From: Nitrososphaerales archaeon
Lineage (GTDB): Archaea; Thermoproteota; Nitrososphaeria; Nitrososphaerales; UBA213
Reading direction: 5' to 3'
Assembly: GCA_965197925.1 (NCBI GenBank)
Contig: CBDAOC010000018.1
Location: forward strand, 96,001-160,000
DNA: 64,000 nucleotides
Positions 41,322 through 53,003 of this stretch are shown piece after piece (within the stretch, counting starts at the first letter, position 1; each line of letters starts with the position of its first letter). The notes beneath the pieces are model-generated. The model searched no databases and had not been told where the DNA came from. It worked only from the letters and a program-made list of their open reading frames with translations. Position numbers and translations under genes: made by a program.

Positions 41322-43611
41322 TTGAGGGATACATTCTTTGTAGGAATCGTAGCGGGTATACTTGTGCTTGCATTCACTTTACCCATCCTCTTGGGACATA
41401 ATGAAGCTGTTAGTTTGGAAATGGAAAATGAAGGAACTGCGCAAGAGATGATAGAAGAAGAATTTGGTAGGCATTTAGTTGACACCGAAACCATAAATCT
41501 TCATGACTGGATAAATCCAGGTGATTTCATCCTTCTAATAGACATCACAACATACTTGTCTGAAGAGGGACATGTTGCAATAAAAGTTCCATGTGGACCT
41601 GATGGTGAACAACTTTTAACTCTACTCACTGGTGTGGCACCAGATGTTGCTCCTGTAAAAATGGAGTATGTTGCCCCACTTTCGAATCCACCATTATCAT
41701 GTGTTTATCATGCAGATATAGGCGAAGGTATTACAGATATCGCTCTAGCAAACACGTCGGAAGAAAGAGTTCGCTTCCACGGTAATGCTGGATATACTGC
41801 AACCATAACGATACATGGTGAAAAAGGTGAAGGACATGCATTACTGCATATGACTACTCACGTCTTTTATGCAACACTGAAGACTGGAAATGCCGTCACT
41901 GCCATACCCGATGATGAACAATGGTTTGCGGGTAAAAGTATGACGAAGTCATCCCAATACTCTCCAATACATCATAATCGACGAAATGATAACAAATGCC
42001 AGATAGTTTTGTGCATTCTTCTCATATCTGATCCTGGTTCTGTGGAACCCATTCTTCAACCAGGCAAAGAATCTCTCCACAACATAGCGCGTCTTGCCGT
42101 ATAGGTATTGTTCTGTATTATCATTTTGTTGTTGTGTCTTACTGTTTTTTCTGTAAGGTATGCAGTCAGAGATTTTTCTTTTGGTGAGGTATTTCCTGAT
42201 GAATTCTGCATCATAGCCCTTGTCTGCTTGGCACCGCGCAATTTTTCTGATAGATCTCTCATCCAGATATTGTGAGATGCCATCCATCACGTCTACAAAT
42301 CTTGCAGAGTCATGCTGATTTGCAGGACCCATCACTACTGAGACTGGCAGTCCGTTTTGTTCCACCGCAACGTGTATTTTTGTGCCTGAAATCCTGTTGA
42401 ATCCGTTGTATCCTATGACGCTTCCCCTTTTTTGGCCGGAACTGATGACGAATCGACCGTTTTTTGCAGCTGCATCTTGCCTGATCTGTGGGCTGATTTG
42501 ACTGCAGCGGAGAGGATATTCTTCCATATTCCACGTCGCTGCCAGTTCTGCAGTCTGCGGTGCGCAGTTGATTTGGAGCCGTACCTTTGTGACATCCCAG
42601 TCCACCTGCATCCTGTTATCCCGACAAACAGGATTCCGTTGACTGTCTTTCTGTCGTCTGCCCTTGGCCTTCCGGTTCTGGCTGGCTTGGGGAGATGCGG
42701 TGATATCATCTTCCATTGTTCACCTGTTATCTCCTGAAATTTCATGATCTGCTACGGGCAGCATTGCAAATAGATCCAAATGATCGTCAATTATTCACTA
42801 AATGATCAGTTTTGGGATCAGTTGGACATATATCTCCACTACGGTAGATAGACGCCTGACATTAGCAACCAGCAGCGGTGAAGACCAAGTGTATGCCTTT
42901 GATACTAGAACAGATGAATTGATCACTACCGTAAAAGTTGGCGAAACACCAAAGGGTATCAAGATCTCACCAGACGAGAAGTTGGCTTTTGTGGCCAATG
43001 AGGCCTCCGGCTCGATAAGTGTTATAGATTTGTCCACATGGAATGTTGTTAAAGAGATTCCAGTTGGTGAAATACCACATAATAGTATCTTCTCACCAGA
43101 TGGGAATCAAGCTTATGTTACCATCCAAGGGGGAGATGAAGTGGCGGTGATTGATGTGGAATCTCTCGAGAAGATTGCGTCGATCCCCTTAGAGAAGAAC
43201 TCGCACAATTTAGACATCACACCTGACGGCAAATACCTCTTCGTGGCAAACATTGGCACTAAGGATGTGGCTGTGATAGACCTCGCAAGTCATGAAGTCA
43301 TGAAGAAGATCGAGGTGAGTACAGGTCACCATGGGATAGATGTGTCACCTGATGGAGACCGAGTGTATGTTTCGGGGATAGGCTCCGATAAAGTGAATGT
43401 TATTGATACCGATACACTAGAACTGGTTAAGCAGATTACGGTTGGGGATGGTCCACATGGTTTACGAACTAGTCCCGACGATAGTCTTCTATATGTTGGT
43501 GTAACTACAACTAACGAGTTCGTTGTCATTGATACAAATAGTCTGGAGATCATCGAACGCATTCCAACAGGGAATGAGCCCTTTTGGATCGCAATGCCCG
43601 GTAATCCTTAA
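41322..43611 (+). pseudogene. Secreted protein (N-terminal Cys/His domain plus YVTN beta-propeller) interrupted by IS5
   Basis: Removing 41945-42824 and one gac TSD rejoins ...AGKSM-TYISTTVDRR... in frame. Signal/TM segment at the N-terminus and repeated (I/V)xVGxxPxGxxxSPDG blades. Confidence 0.9.
41945..42824 (-). mobile_element. IS5-family element, 880 bp (copy 2)
   Basis: Nearly identical to 30623-31502, with one D/G codon difference seen. TSD gac (41942-44 and 42825-27). Confidence 0.95.
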
Positions 43612-44576
43612 CGATAAGCAGAGATGGGAATGCCACATTTAGAAAATGTATGACAAACCTAACATGTAAACATCCAAAAATTCCTCTCATCGATGCGTCT
43701 CCGCATGATGTCTAACTCAATTGGAGAAAAATGTGTTTAGTCTCTCATTGAAGCAAGGATATTTGTCAAAGATCTTAAAAAGCAATTTCAATAATAATAA
43801 GATGGTGTTTGATGAAACATCAGGCATTTTAATTTGAAAATGAATGTATATGAACAACTTCTAGGAAACTTAACCCAAACTCTGGTAATTGTTGAACTCG
43901 GAGGATTGGGTGGGTTTATACTTTCATTTATTCATTGTTATTGCAGTTCTATTCCGATGGAAGGTCTATAACAATTTTTCTCACCAATAGAGATAAAGAA
44001 ATAATATAATTAGAACCTTGTACCTGCCTATCCAAGAACAGGAAATGGAAATCAAAGAATGGAAATCACCATATATATAACTTTACGACGTAACATTATA
44101 GTCGATAGAGGATATGTTCCGCTTAATTCTTGTTGCTAAAAAATAGATTTAAGAAGGTCTTCAGCAAATATCATGGGGAATACAATGATAAGTATAGTTA
44201 TTCAAGTTACTACATGGATGGAAGGAAACTACAATTAGAAATCATTTCGACATTCAATTGTAATAAGTCCAGACCATGGATTCCTACTTGGTGAGACCAT
44301 ATTCGAGCCCCACCAATCTTATAATATCTTTTTATCTTTTTTTTGACTTCAGGTTATGCCTCCCATTACTACCATGAAGGAAAATCGGGTAAGTTTGACT
44401 TGCTAAATGTGTGATATCAAATTTTCAATTCAGATTCAGAAAGATCCTAAACTTGAAGTCCATTGTTATGAATTGAAATACGATAATATGGATGAATTGT
44501 TACTTTTTAATGAAATGACTAAAACCAATCTTCTAAGTCTCAAAAGACTTACATTCCTGTAGAATTAAGTAAATTC

Positions 44577-45353
44577 ATGGCAAGAAGCAAGACAACATAC
44601 GTGATTGCAGCTGCGATATTTGCAGGGTTATCATTGGTAGCCTTGACGAACATCTTCTCAGATGAGATTGAAACTGAATTGACAAATGAATCAGAGGCAT
44701 ATGCTCAGTACAGTTCCCTAGTAGGGATTAGACAGAATATAATTACAGTATCAGGCTCTGCATCAACAGGGGGGGATCCAAACCGAGTAGTTATAAGCTT
44801 CGGTCTTGAGACGCAAGGAACCACCGCCTCTCAAGCAACTGAAGATAACGCTCAGAAGATGGATGCTGTTGTTAATGCTGTAAAGGAGCTTGGGATTGAT
44901 GATGACGAGATTAGCACATCGATGTTTTCGGTATCTCCAGTCTATGATAGAGACAGAAGATTCATCACTGGATATAGAACATCAAACATGCTTACTGTCA
45001 ACACAGACCAATTAGATAAAGCAAGTCAGATAATCGATACTGCTGTAGCTGCTGGAGCAAACAGAGTGAATAATGTGTTCTTCACACTCTCCGACGATCT
45101 TAGAAAGAGAGTTAGTGACCAGTTGATCGGCGAGGCTGTGAATGATGCAAAGATGAAAGCTGAATTAGCGTTACAACCACTAGGCAAGGAAATATTAGGA
45201 GTCAAGAGTGTTACACTGGAACATTTTGGAATACCCCAACCTGTATCATTTGATACAATTGCGATGGCGAAGAGCACAAAATCTCTACCAACACCGATCT
45301 TTGAATCTGAGCAACGAGTAACTATGAGTGTTAGTGTGATATTCCTGATCTAG
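44577..45353 (+). CDS. SIMPL (DUF541) domain protein
   Basis: N-terminal TM helix, ITVSGSA, IDTAVAAGANRV and AVNDAKMKA motifs. Confidence 0.9.
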   Translation: MARSKTTYVIAAAIFAGLSLVALTNIFSDEIETELTNESEAYAQYSSLVGIRQNIITVSGSASTGGDPNRVVISFGLETQGTTASQATEDNAQKMDAVVNAVKELGIDDDEISTSMFSVSPVYDRDRRFITGYRTSNMLTVNTDQLDKASQIIDTAVAAGANRVNNVFFTLSDDLRKRVSDQLIGEAVNDAKMKAELALQPLGKEILGVKSVTLEHFGIPQPVSFDTIAMAKSTKSLPTPIFESEQRVTMSVSVIFLI

Positions 45354-45605
45354 AAGAGAAAGTATTTGTGAGAAGTTAAAACATACACCTCCATTTTTTT
45401 TGAAATATCAACTACTCAATCCATTAAGTATTGAATTCTTTTGGACCCACGAATAATATTTTCATACTAGTTTTGCAATTTTATGAACTATTAATTATAG
45501 GAATGATATCCCTGGTGATGCAGATTAGGGTAGTACTAATCTATTTGGAAACAGCTTCATTATAGCATGTCTCATAATTATTAACATTGCCCAATTTTCT
45601 AGATA

Positions 45606-46330
45606 GGAATTATCTTAGATCAGTTTCAAAATACTCCATATATGAAGGAAGGTAAGAAAAATATCGTGTCAAAGATATTATATATTCTTGATGATCTTTA
45701 AGAAGAATTCAAATTGATACTTCCAAAGAAACGAACGCAATTAGAAGTACTACGATAAAGAGTAGTGATGGGTAGTATTAATTTTTCTGAGAAGTGGATC
45801 CAGTGACAAAAGATATCCAAGGACTATTCCAAGTTCGCATTATCGTGGAAGTTTCCTAAGTAAAATGAAATAATGGTTTTTTAGTAGATGTAGAATAAGC
45901 CCCTAAAGTGGTATGATACATTGAATGGTCAATGATCAGAGGTGAAATTATTAGATAGTGCTTCAGAATGTTCTATAAAAGGAGGAACCGGCTAAAAATA
46001 CAAGGGAAAGCAAGCTACCACTAGATACTTACATTCTAGTTGAATTGAATAGATTACTTCACACATCTAAAGGTACTGAAATAATAGATCCTATATGAAA
46101 ACAGCCCTTCCTACAATAGACGGTAATATAACGAAAAATCTAAGTTAACCAGAATATCTGTTTGGATAATAGATACACCATTCAAGAATCAGAGGATGGT
46201 GTTAGAAGGTAGTATGCAAGTTACACTCGTTATAAGAGTAGAATGTTCAAAGAGAATTTGGGGAAATTTCGATCAGTTGTATCTTTGGGGAACAAGAGTT
46301 TTCTGTTCATATTACATATTAGCTAAAGTC
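45606..46330 (+). mobile_element. Highly degenerate IS5 relic (type of 53463-54514)
   Basis: ILYILDDL*EEFKLILP resembles IWHIPDNLWEEFKLVLP. 46093-46120 matches the reverse complement of 53938-53965 at 26/28 nt. Confidence 0.75.
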
Positions 46331-46494
46331 GAGCCATCGGATAGGGTATACATCATATTAGTTAGCTCTCACTCTTTCTAATAAACAGTCAGAAAACCAT
46401 GCGGCTAGTGAGAAATCAATACTGTATTGCATTATAAAATAGAACCTGAGATTCTTTAGAAAAATATTTGAGGAACATATATACAATAAACACT

Positions 46495-46998
46495 ATGAAT
46501 AAAGGAAATCTACTGGTTGCTACATTCGCAGCGGGCTGCTTTTGGGGAGTTGAAGAGAGCTTCAGGCAGATAAAAGGCGTTAAATCAACCATGGTGGGGT
46601 ACATTGGAGGAACGATGGATAACCCTACATATGCAGAGGTTTGCTCTGGCAGGACAGGACATGCAGAAGCTGTTCAAATACACTATGATACAAAAGAAGT
46701 TTCTTATGAACAACTCCTTGATATATTTTGGTCGATTCATGACCCCACAACCAAGAACAGACAGGGTCCTGATATAGGTACACAATACCGCTCTATGATT
46801 TCTTACCACATTCCTAAACAGGAAGCACTTGCCAACAAGTCAAAGGAGGAAATCGAAAGGTCGGGAAAATTCAAGAGTGCTATCGTGACAGAGATCCTCC
46901 CTGCATCAAAGTTCTACAAAGCGGAGGAATACCACCAACAATATTACAAGAAGAAAAGCGGTGGTATCTGCTATCCTATGAGAGAGATAGGGCAATAG
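46495..46998 (+). CDS. msrA: Peptide-methionine (S)-S-oxide reductase
   Basis: [22 protein letters not shown] and AEEYHQQY motifs. Confidence 0.96.
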   Translation: MNKGNLLVATFAAGCFWGVEESFRQIKGVKSTMVGYIGGTMDNPTYAEVCSGRTGHAEAVQIHYDTKEVSYEQLLDIFWSIHDPTTKNRQGPDIGTQYRSMISYHIPKQEALANKSKEEIERSGKFKSAIVTEILPASKFYKAEEYHQQYYKKKSGGICYPMREIGQ

Positions 46999-47016
46999 AA
47001 CTACTATTGAGGAATG

Positions 47017-47173
47017 GGCTCTGTAGAAACCATACCAAAAATACAGTTAATCTATGCATGTTGTAGGCAATTACTCTGCAGAACAGCTCCCTGTTCTGCA
47101 TTCTAACAGATCTTGATAGTATATGCTCACCAAACATTCTCTTTACCACAGACAGTATGGTTTCTACAGAGCC
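47017..47173 (-). mobile_element. 157-bp MITE derived from the 3' end of an IS5-family transposase
   Basis: 19-bp perfect TIR ggctctgtagaaaccatac. The minus strand reads SVETILSVVKRMFGEHILSRSVRMQNRELFCRVIAYNMHRL...GFYRA. Confidence 0.85.
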
Positions 47174-47428
47174 ATAAACTGGGAAACCTTACCCATTGTT
47201 TTGTCAAAAGTATCATTAGAGAATTCTTAGAGAATACAATCTTGAAGCTAGTGCTACTAGACCTTGTAATATCTGTAAACCAGGGCAAGAAATATCAATA
47301 CTTAAGGAAATTAAGGGAGTACTTGATCCTGTTAGATGATTCTGCTTGAGTCACGTCTTACGCGGGAAAATTTTCTTTATTTTCCACTAGAATCCATCAG
47401 TAAAAAAATAATATGGGTTAACTTCTCC

Positions 47429-47780
47429 TTAAGCTTTCCCGCTCGCTTCAGAAAATATTTTCCTAAACTTTGAATCCAGTTCTTTCTTGGCTTCCGACTG
47501 ATTAACCATAGACTGCCAATACTTACCAAATGATTCTATTACCGCATCAGCTGCCTCATCCAGTGAGGATCCCCACAATGATTCAATCCTCTTTCTTAAC
47601 CTCTCCACATGTGCCTCGTGCATCGCTTGGAAGAATGCCTTATGCCACCCTTGTTTTGCATGTTCTACAGGATCCATTGTTTGACAACATTCAGAGCCAC
47701 AACAATCCTCATATGATTTTCCTGATCCACAAGCGCAAGTTTCACCTTTTCCTGTGGTACATGATTGACTCGCATTCCAT
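47429..47780 (-). CDS. SEC-C-motif protein, start apparently 1 nt out of frame
   Basis: In frame upstream of the called ORF is CACGSGKSYEDCCGSECC. The ATG at 47780 is out of frame. Confidence 0.65.
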
Positions 47781-47871
47781 GTATCTAACTATCTCTTTAC
47801 CATCTACTATACAAAGGTAAGTATATAAATTGGTAAGTGACTAATTGGTAATGAGATGAAGTGGTAGTAAG

Positions 47872-48282
47872 TTGAATGAGCAACAGTTAGAGTGGGCCAA
47901 AAAGAATATGAAGTGCTGTCCCATTGGAAATACATTTAGAATAATAGGTAAAAAGTTCACTTTCTTGATATTACGTAATATGATGAATTTTAACCAGACT
48001 AGATTCAATCAATTTATTGCTTCAATTAAAGGAATAAACCCAAAGACACTTTCTATTAGATTAAGGGAAATGGAGAGGGATGGCTTGATAGAAAGAAAGA
48101 TCTATCCTGAGACTCCAATAAGGATCGAGTATCATGTTACGGAGAAAGGAGAGGCGTTGAGGCCCATTCTGAAGACAATGGCAGATTTTGCGATGGAGTA
48201 TTGTTGCAACGATGTATTTAGGGATGGAAAACCAAGAACATTCCAACAAGTTTTTGGTAGATCGATGAAAGTTCCATCTTAG
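47872..48282 (+). CDS. HxlR-family winged-helix transcriptional regulator
   Basis: CCPI...IGKK, RFNQ, TLSIRLREME and PIRIEYHVTEKG motifs. Confidence 0.92.
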   Translation: MNEQQLEWAKKNMKCCPIGNTFRIIGKKFTFLILRNMMNFNQTRFNQFIASIKGINPKTLSIRLREMERDGLIERKIYPETPIRIEYHVTEKGEALRPILKTMADFAMEYCCNDVFRDGKPRTFQQVFGRSMKVPS

Positions 48283-48497
48283 AAGGAAAAGATCCTTAAA
48301 TGTAGGAAGTAAATAATTAAAATTTTCATCCTAAATAGTATCATAATAATGGTGTATGTTCAAGATTAGGTTGAACTAGTGGATATTATCTAGACCCGTT
48401 ATCAACTTGAAATAATTTGTTTGCTTACGATTGTATGATGTAATAAATTACAGCCTTACCTTTTTATAGTATGTGCTAAAAGGTAAGGCGGTAGAAT

Positions 48498-48689
48498 ATG
48501 AAATCTGAAGAGAGTATGATGGATGGAATAATTGCAGAAGCGAAGAGGATGTATCAAAAGATGTCTTTAACTGAGTTGTTGACAGAAGAAAACATGGTTA
48601 CAGAATTCCTGAATAGAAGTAAGGTGGGTTCTGCACACATCAGAATACAGAAAATTCTTCGCTCAGAGATAGAATGTAGATTACGATAG
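48498..48689 (+). CDS. Small hypothetical protein
   Basis: 63 aa, with a TATA-like ttttata upstream. Confidence 0.45.
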   Translation: MKSEESMMDGIIAEAKRMYQKMSLTELLTEENMVTEFLNRSKVGSAHIRIQKILRSEIECRLR

Positions 48690-49227
48690 AAATTTTGAGA
48701 GCCAGAGCCTTATACACAGTGGAAAAAATGATGGCTTGATCAGTGATATATTTGGCTATGATAATCATACCATATATATTTCATATATTCTTAACCTCAG
48801 GTTAAACAATTCGAGTTTGGAATCTAAACAAATATACCATGTATTGATTAAAGAAGATTAGAGTCAGAACAATCTATTTTGTACCTTATCTAAACCGGAT
48901 CATATACATATAGAATAGGAAAATGACCTATTCTTTTCCTTTTAGTTAATCATATCCATCTAAAGTTCGTGTTTTTATTATTTAATTATAGGTCTAATTA
49001 AGATTATGGATGAACTACTAAATTCGTGTGGATCATTAGAAAGATTAACAATATCACCCCCCACTGATTTTCATTGATGATTTTGTTTTATTAAACACAA
49101 TATGTATCACAGCCTTCTATTATAGCAGTTTATTGAAGAGGAGCTTATTACAATCATTAAATTGATTTTCTTCAATAACAAATATCATTAGGAAATTCGT
49201 AGAATATACTTAAGTTGTGATTGATAA

Positions 49228-49791
49228 TCAAATTTTTGACCCCGCCCATCTTTTGAAGATCTCGTGCTCAATGTTGAATTGATCCAAAACCTTACCTACA
49301 ATATGGTTCAGTAATTCATCTATACTCTTTGGCTTATGATAAAAGCCAGGCATAGCCGGCAATATTGTAGCCCCCATTTTTGCCAAATTCAACATATTTG
49401 AAAGATGTATGCTTGTAAGAGGTGTTTCCCTGGGAACCAAAACCAACCTCCTAGATTCTTTTAGCGTTACCGAAGCAGCTCTTGAGATCAGAGTATCTTC
49501 ATAACCAGTAGCAATACTGGCCAATGTCTTCATGCTACATGGTATAACAGCCATACCTTCTGTTTTGTATGATCCGCTAGATGGTTTAGCCGCTAGGTCG
49601 TTGTTGTCGTACATGTAATCTGCAAGGGATCTAACATAAGAAGGTAGTTTGTCAGTTTCAATCTTTATACATTCATCTGCCCATTTGCTTAGTATAAGAT
49701 GTGTTTCTATTTTCAAAATCTTTAGAATCTCTAACATTCTTACCCCGTAAGCAACGCCGGAACTACCACTTATTCCTACTAGCATTCGCAT
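49228..49791 (-). CDS. ubiX: UbiX-family flavin prenyltransferase
   Basis: VGISGSSG, SSGS, PCSMKTLA, VPRETPL and PAMPGFYH motifs. Start reset to MRMLVG. Confidence 0.93.
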   Translation of the reverse strand: MRMLVGISGSSGVAYGVRMLEILKILKIETHLILSKWADECIKIETDKLPSYVRSLADYMYDNNDLAAKPSSGSYKTEGMAVIPCSMKTLASIATGYEDTLISRAASVTLKESRRLVLVPRETPLTSIHLSNMLNLAKMGATILPAMPGFYHKPKSIDELLNHIVGKVLDQFNIEHEIFKRWAGSKI

Positions 49792-50249
49792 ATACATTAA
49801 GTTTTCAACCTGATATTTAATTAATACCATTGAATCATGGTTGACATTATGTTCTACTTGTTGGCATTGGTTATATTGTAGATACCAATGAATAAATATG
49901 CAAAAGTTAGAAAAAAACAATTTGTAACTCGGAAGGAGAAAAACACTTCTACATTCTTTGAGGTTTCTTACCAGAGTCCACTTCCAATGTTTTATTGCAT
50001 TCAAATGTATTAGTATACTAAATTCTATTATTTGAAATTTTTTATAATGTGTTTGCTTCGCTAAGAAAGCCCAAGATTAGTCTTGCGGTTAGGATATTGA
50101 GTTCCTTAACTTCTTTCCCCTTGTTGCCTTACGTTTACCTCTAGGGAGATTAATCACTTTAACAGGTTCTCATTTTCTTCATTGATCTTCTAATTTATTA
50201 TATCCCTCAAAAATTCCCTAAATGTTGAATAAGATTATATCAGTAATAG

Positions 50250-50416
50250 ACAACCAGGACCCAATTCTAATTAGACATAGCATAACAATAATTGTATTAC
50301 AAGATTGTTCATCTATAACAGACAGGAATCAGTAAACTATGACAACCTCAGGAAATACGTATGTTAACATTCACACTACAGGAAATCCTGGTGGAGAAAT
50401 TCGAGGTCAGATCTAA
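50250..50416 (+). pseudogene. CHRD-domain C-terminal relic
   Basis: GNTYVNIHTTGNPGGEIRGQI* (50351-50416) is the CHRD signature. The upstream part is decayed. Confidence 0.8.
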
Positions 50417-50922
50417 AAGAACTATTCTGTACCAGTCACACCAATCAACTTTAATGTGATTCGAATTAATTCAGCTCGAACAAGAGTCATTATGGGGCTT
50501 TAAGATTAGGTTGCTGCTAGGACGGTTCCAATTATGTAAGAATATTCTTGAAAAACTAGTCAGAACGACGAGATACTTTTAGACTGTGAAGCTAGTAACT
50601 AATCGCAAAACGTAAAACCATCTTTTTTATTTTTGTTCATAATTTAGACATAGTCATCCAAAATAATTCTACACCACTATTAGACTTCTAATGGAGTAAC
50701 TAGAACATACTTGTTCAATTAATGAAGTGATATGTCGAATGGATAGATGGATATCACAATAGATGAATTATATTAATTTTATTGCTGATTTATGGGCTGT
50801 AGTTTACAAAGTTTCAATACAATACCTTGATGAATTAACTTATAAATATGACACAGATAAGAAAAAATGAAATATACGAGCGTATCTTGGGCATTTATGT
50901 TGTGAATCCATAAAGTTTCGAT

Positions 50923-51582
50923 TTAATTTAAAAATATTTTATGAATGCTTTCTTTGGTCAAATGTAGTTTGTAAATATCATCATTTTTTATAACAAAGAT
51001 TCTATCATGCATCAAAAGGAGTTCAATCATATCTGTAATATCTGAATTCATTAAATCACTAGCTTTGTATGGACAAAACATTAAACCTGGAAGTCTAGCA
51101 TCATCATATTTTCTTTCAAGCTCTATTGCATGTTTAAAAGAATTATCTGCAATGTCAGTTATCATAAAATCAATACAGCATAATGGTCGATTCTTTGATG
51201 CTTTAACAAAATTTTGAACAACTTGATCACAATATCTTGAACTATCTACACCATGCGGTTTATATGGTTTAACAGTTGCATTGTACCAATTAAGTTTGGA
51301 TAGAATTTCTTCTGTATGATGTTTAGGCGGTGCTGCAAATGATTTGAACCATTCAGTATTACTTGTCATTCTGTCTAACGATTTTAGAAAATTATTCATT
51401 GATTTTTCATCAGAGTAAATTAACAAATCATGCACATGAGGCACATGTGTTTTTTTATTCAGCCATTGTTCAACTGCATCTTTTACTATTGAATTAATTG
51501 AAACTCCCATTTGATCTGATTTTTTACCAAGCTCTGTGTGAACGTTATCATCAAATCCTCTAATCAGAATATCTTTTGTCAT
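50923..51582 (-). CDS. Putative regulator: ribbon-helix-helix N-terminus plus a MEDS-like sensory domain
   Basis: DILIRGFDDNVHTELGKKSDQMGVSINSIVKDAV (RHH pattern), with H-x-L-L-I-Y and CPY...HD motifs in the C-terminal domain. Confidence 0.6.
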   Translation of the reverse strand: MTKDILIRGFDDNVHTELGKKSDQMGVSINSIVKDAVEQWLNKKTHVPHVHDLLIYSDEKSMNNFLKSLDRMTSNTEWFKSFAAPPKHHTEEILSKLNWYNATVKPYKPHGVDSSRYCDQVVQNFVKASKNRPLCCIDFMITDIADNSFKHAIELERKYDDARLPGLMFCPYKASDLMNSDITDMIELLLMHDRIFVIKNDDIYKLHLTKESIHKIFLN

Positions 51583-51613
51583 GATATTATTTGTGCATAG
51601 GGATATATAAATT

Positions 51614-51668
51614 ATGATATCATGATAGCATATTCCATAACATTAATATAATGATATCATGATAGCAT
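51614..51668. promoter_or_regulatory. Duplicated 18-bp operator-like site in a divergent promoter
   Basis: atgatatcatgatagcat at 51614-51631 and 51651-51668. Each contains the palindrome atgatatcat and abuts a TATA-like box. Confidence 0.75.
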
Positions 51669-51672
51669 TATT

Positions 51673-52257
51673 ATGAAACCAAAACAAACCCAAACAAAAA
51701 TAGTAAATGGTGTTAATGTCACTCAACTTTTTGATACGATTGACAACATCAAAAAAGAACCTAAAATTGCGAAATTCAATTTCAGGGCAAAAAATAAGTG
51801 GATAGGCGGAACAGAAAATCATACAACTGTTTCAGACTATTATGGTGCATGCCAAACCCACACAAGAAGCAAACCACACATCTTCATAAAAGATGAAGTT
51901 CCAATTCTTTTGGGAACTGACAAAGGTGCAAATCCAGTGGAATATCTTCTTGCAGGATTGGCAGGTTGTATTACAACTAGCCTAGTGGCTCATGCAGCAG
52001 CCAAAGGAATCAAAATTGATTCAATCGAATCTACTCTTGAAGGCGACATTGATCTTCTAGGATTTCTGCAATTAGATGAAAACGTAAATCCTGGATATCA
52101 AGGAATCAACATTTCCTTTAAGATAGAGTCTGATGCTTCTGAAGAAACTCTACTAGAGCTAATAGAACTTGCAAAGAAAGCATCTCCAGTAGCAAATACT
52201 ATATCGAAACCCACCCCAATTAATGTGAGGTTAGCAAAACAAGGAGAATCAAGGTGA
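51673..52257 (+). CDS. OsmC-family protein
   Basis: VNGVNV, LGTDKGANPVEYLLAGLAGC and SPV motifs. Confidence 0.9.
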   Translation: MKPKQTQTKIVNGVNVTQLFDTIDNIKKEPKIAKFNFRAKNKWIGGTENHTTVSDYYGACQTHTRSKPHIFIKDEVPILLGTDKGANPVEYLLAGLAGCITTSLVAHAAAKGIKIDSIESTLEGDIDLLGFLQLDENVNPGYQGINISFKIESDASEETLLELIELAKKASPVANTISKPTPINVRLAKQGESR

Positions 52258-53003
52258 AAGCATTGATTGTTGGTGGCTCTAGCGGTATTGGAAAAGAAAC
52301 AGCGAAACTCCTCTTACAGAGAAATGTAGAGGTTGAATTAATTGCCAATAATCCAAATAAACTTGAAAAAACAAAAAAAGAACTTGAACAATTTGGTAAT
52401 GTTCATACAGAAAGTGTAAATCTGTATGAACAAGACCAAGTTAACAAATTTATTGAAAAAATTCGAAGGGATGAACAACATATTAAATACTTTGTCAATG
52501 CCGCGGGTACCTTCAATCCCAAACCATTTTTAGAACACAACAAATCTGATTACGACCAATACGTAGAACTTAACAAAAGTTTCTTCTTCATCTCCCAAGC
52601 AGTTGCTGAAAACATGAAAAAAAATGGTGGAGGTTCCATTGTAAACATCGGTTCAATGTGGGCAAAACAAGCCATTAAAGCAACTCCCTCATCGGCATAT
52701 TCAATGGCAAAAGCTGGATTGCATTCCCTAACACAACACCTTGCGATGGAACTTGCAGAACACAAAATTCGGGTTAATGCAGTATCACTAGCAGTAGTAA
52801 TAACTCCAATCTATAACAAATTCATTGAGCCAGATAAAGTCAAAGAAACGTTAGCATCGTTTAATGACTTTCATCCTCTTGGGAGAGTGGGAAAACCCAA
52901 AGACGTTGCTTCTGTAATAGATTACTTGTTATCAGATAAATCAGATTGGATAACAGGAGTAATCTGGGACGTAGATGGCGGTGTTATGGCTGGAAGAAAT
53001 TAA
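52254..53003 (+). CDS. SDR-family oxidoreductase
   Basis: GGSSGIG, VNAAG, YSMAK and VDGG motifs. Overlaps the OsmC stop codon (GTGA). Confidence 0.92.
   Translation: MKALIVGGSSGIGKETAKLLLQRNVEVELIANNPNKLEKTKKELEQFGNVHTESVNLYEQDQVNKFIEKIRRDEQHIKYFVNAAGTFNPKPFLEHNKSDYDQYVELNKSFFFISQAVAENMKKNGGGSIVNIGSMWAKQAIKATPSSAYSMAKAGLHSLTQHLAMELAEHKIRVNAVSLAVVITPIYNKFIEPDKVKETLASFNDFHPLGRVGKPKDVASVIDYLLSDKSDWITGVIWDVDGGVMAGRN

Noticed and set aside
49792..50004. 70-aa N-terminal extension of UbiX in the ORF track
   Set aside because: The extension has no family motifs. The canonical start is MRMLVG at 49791.
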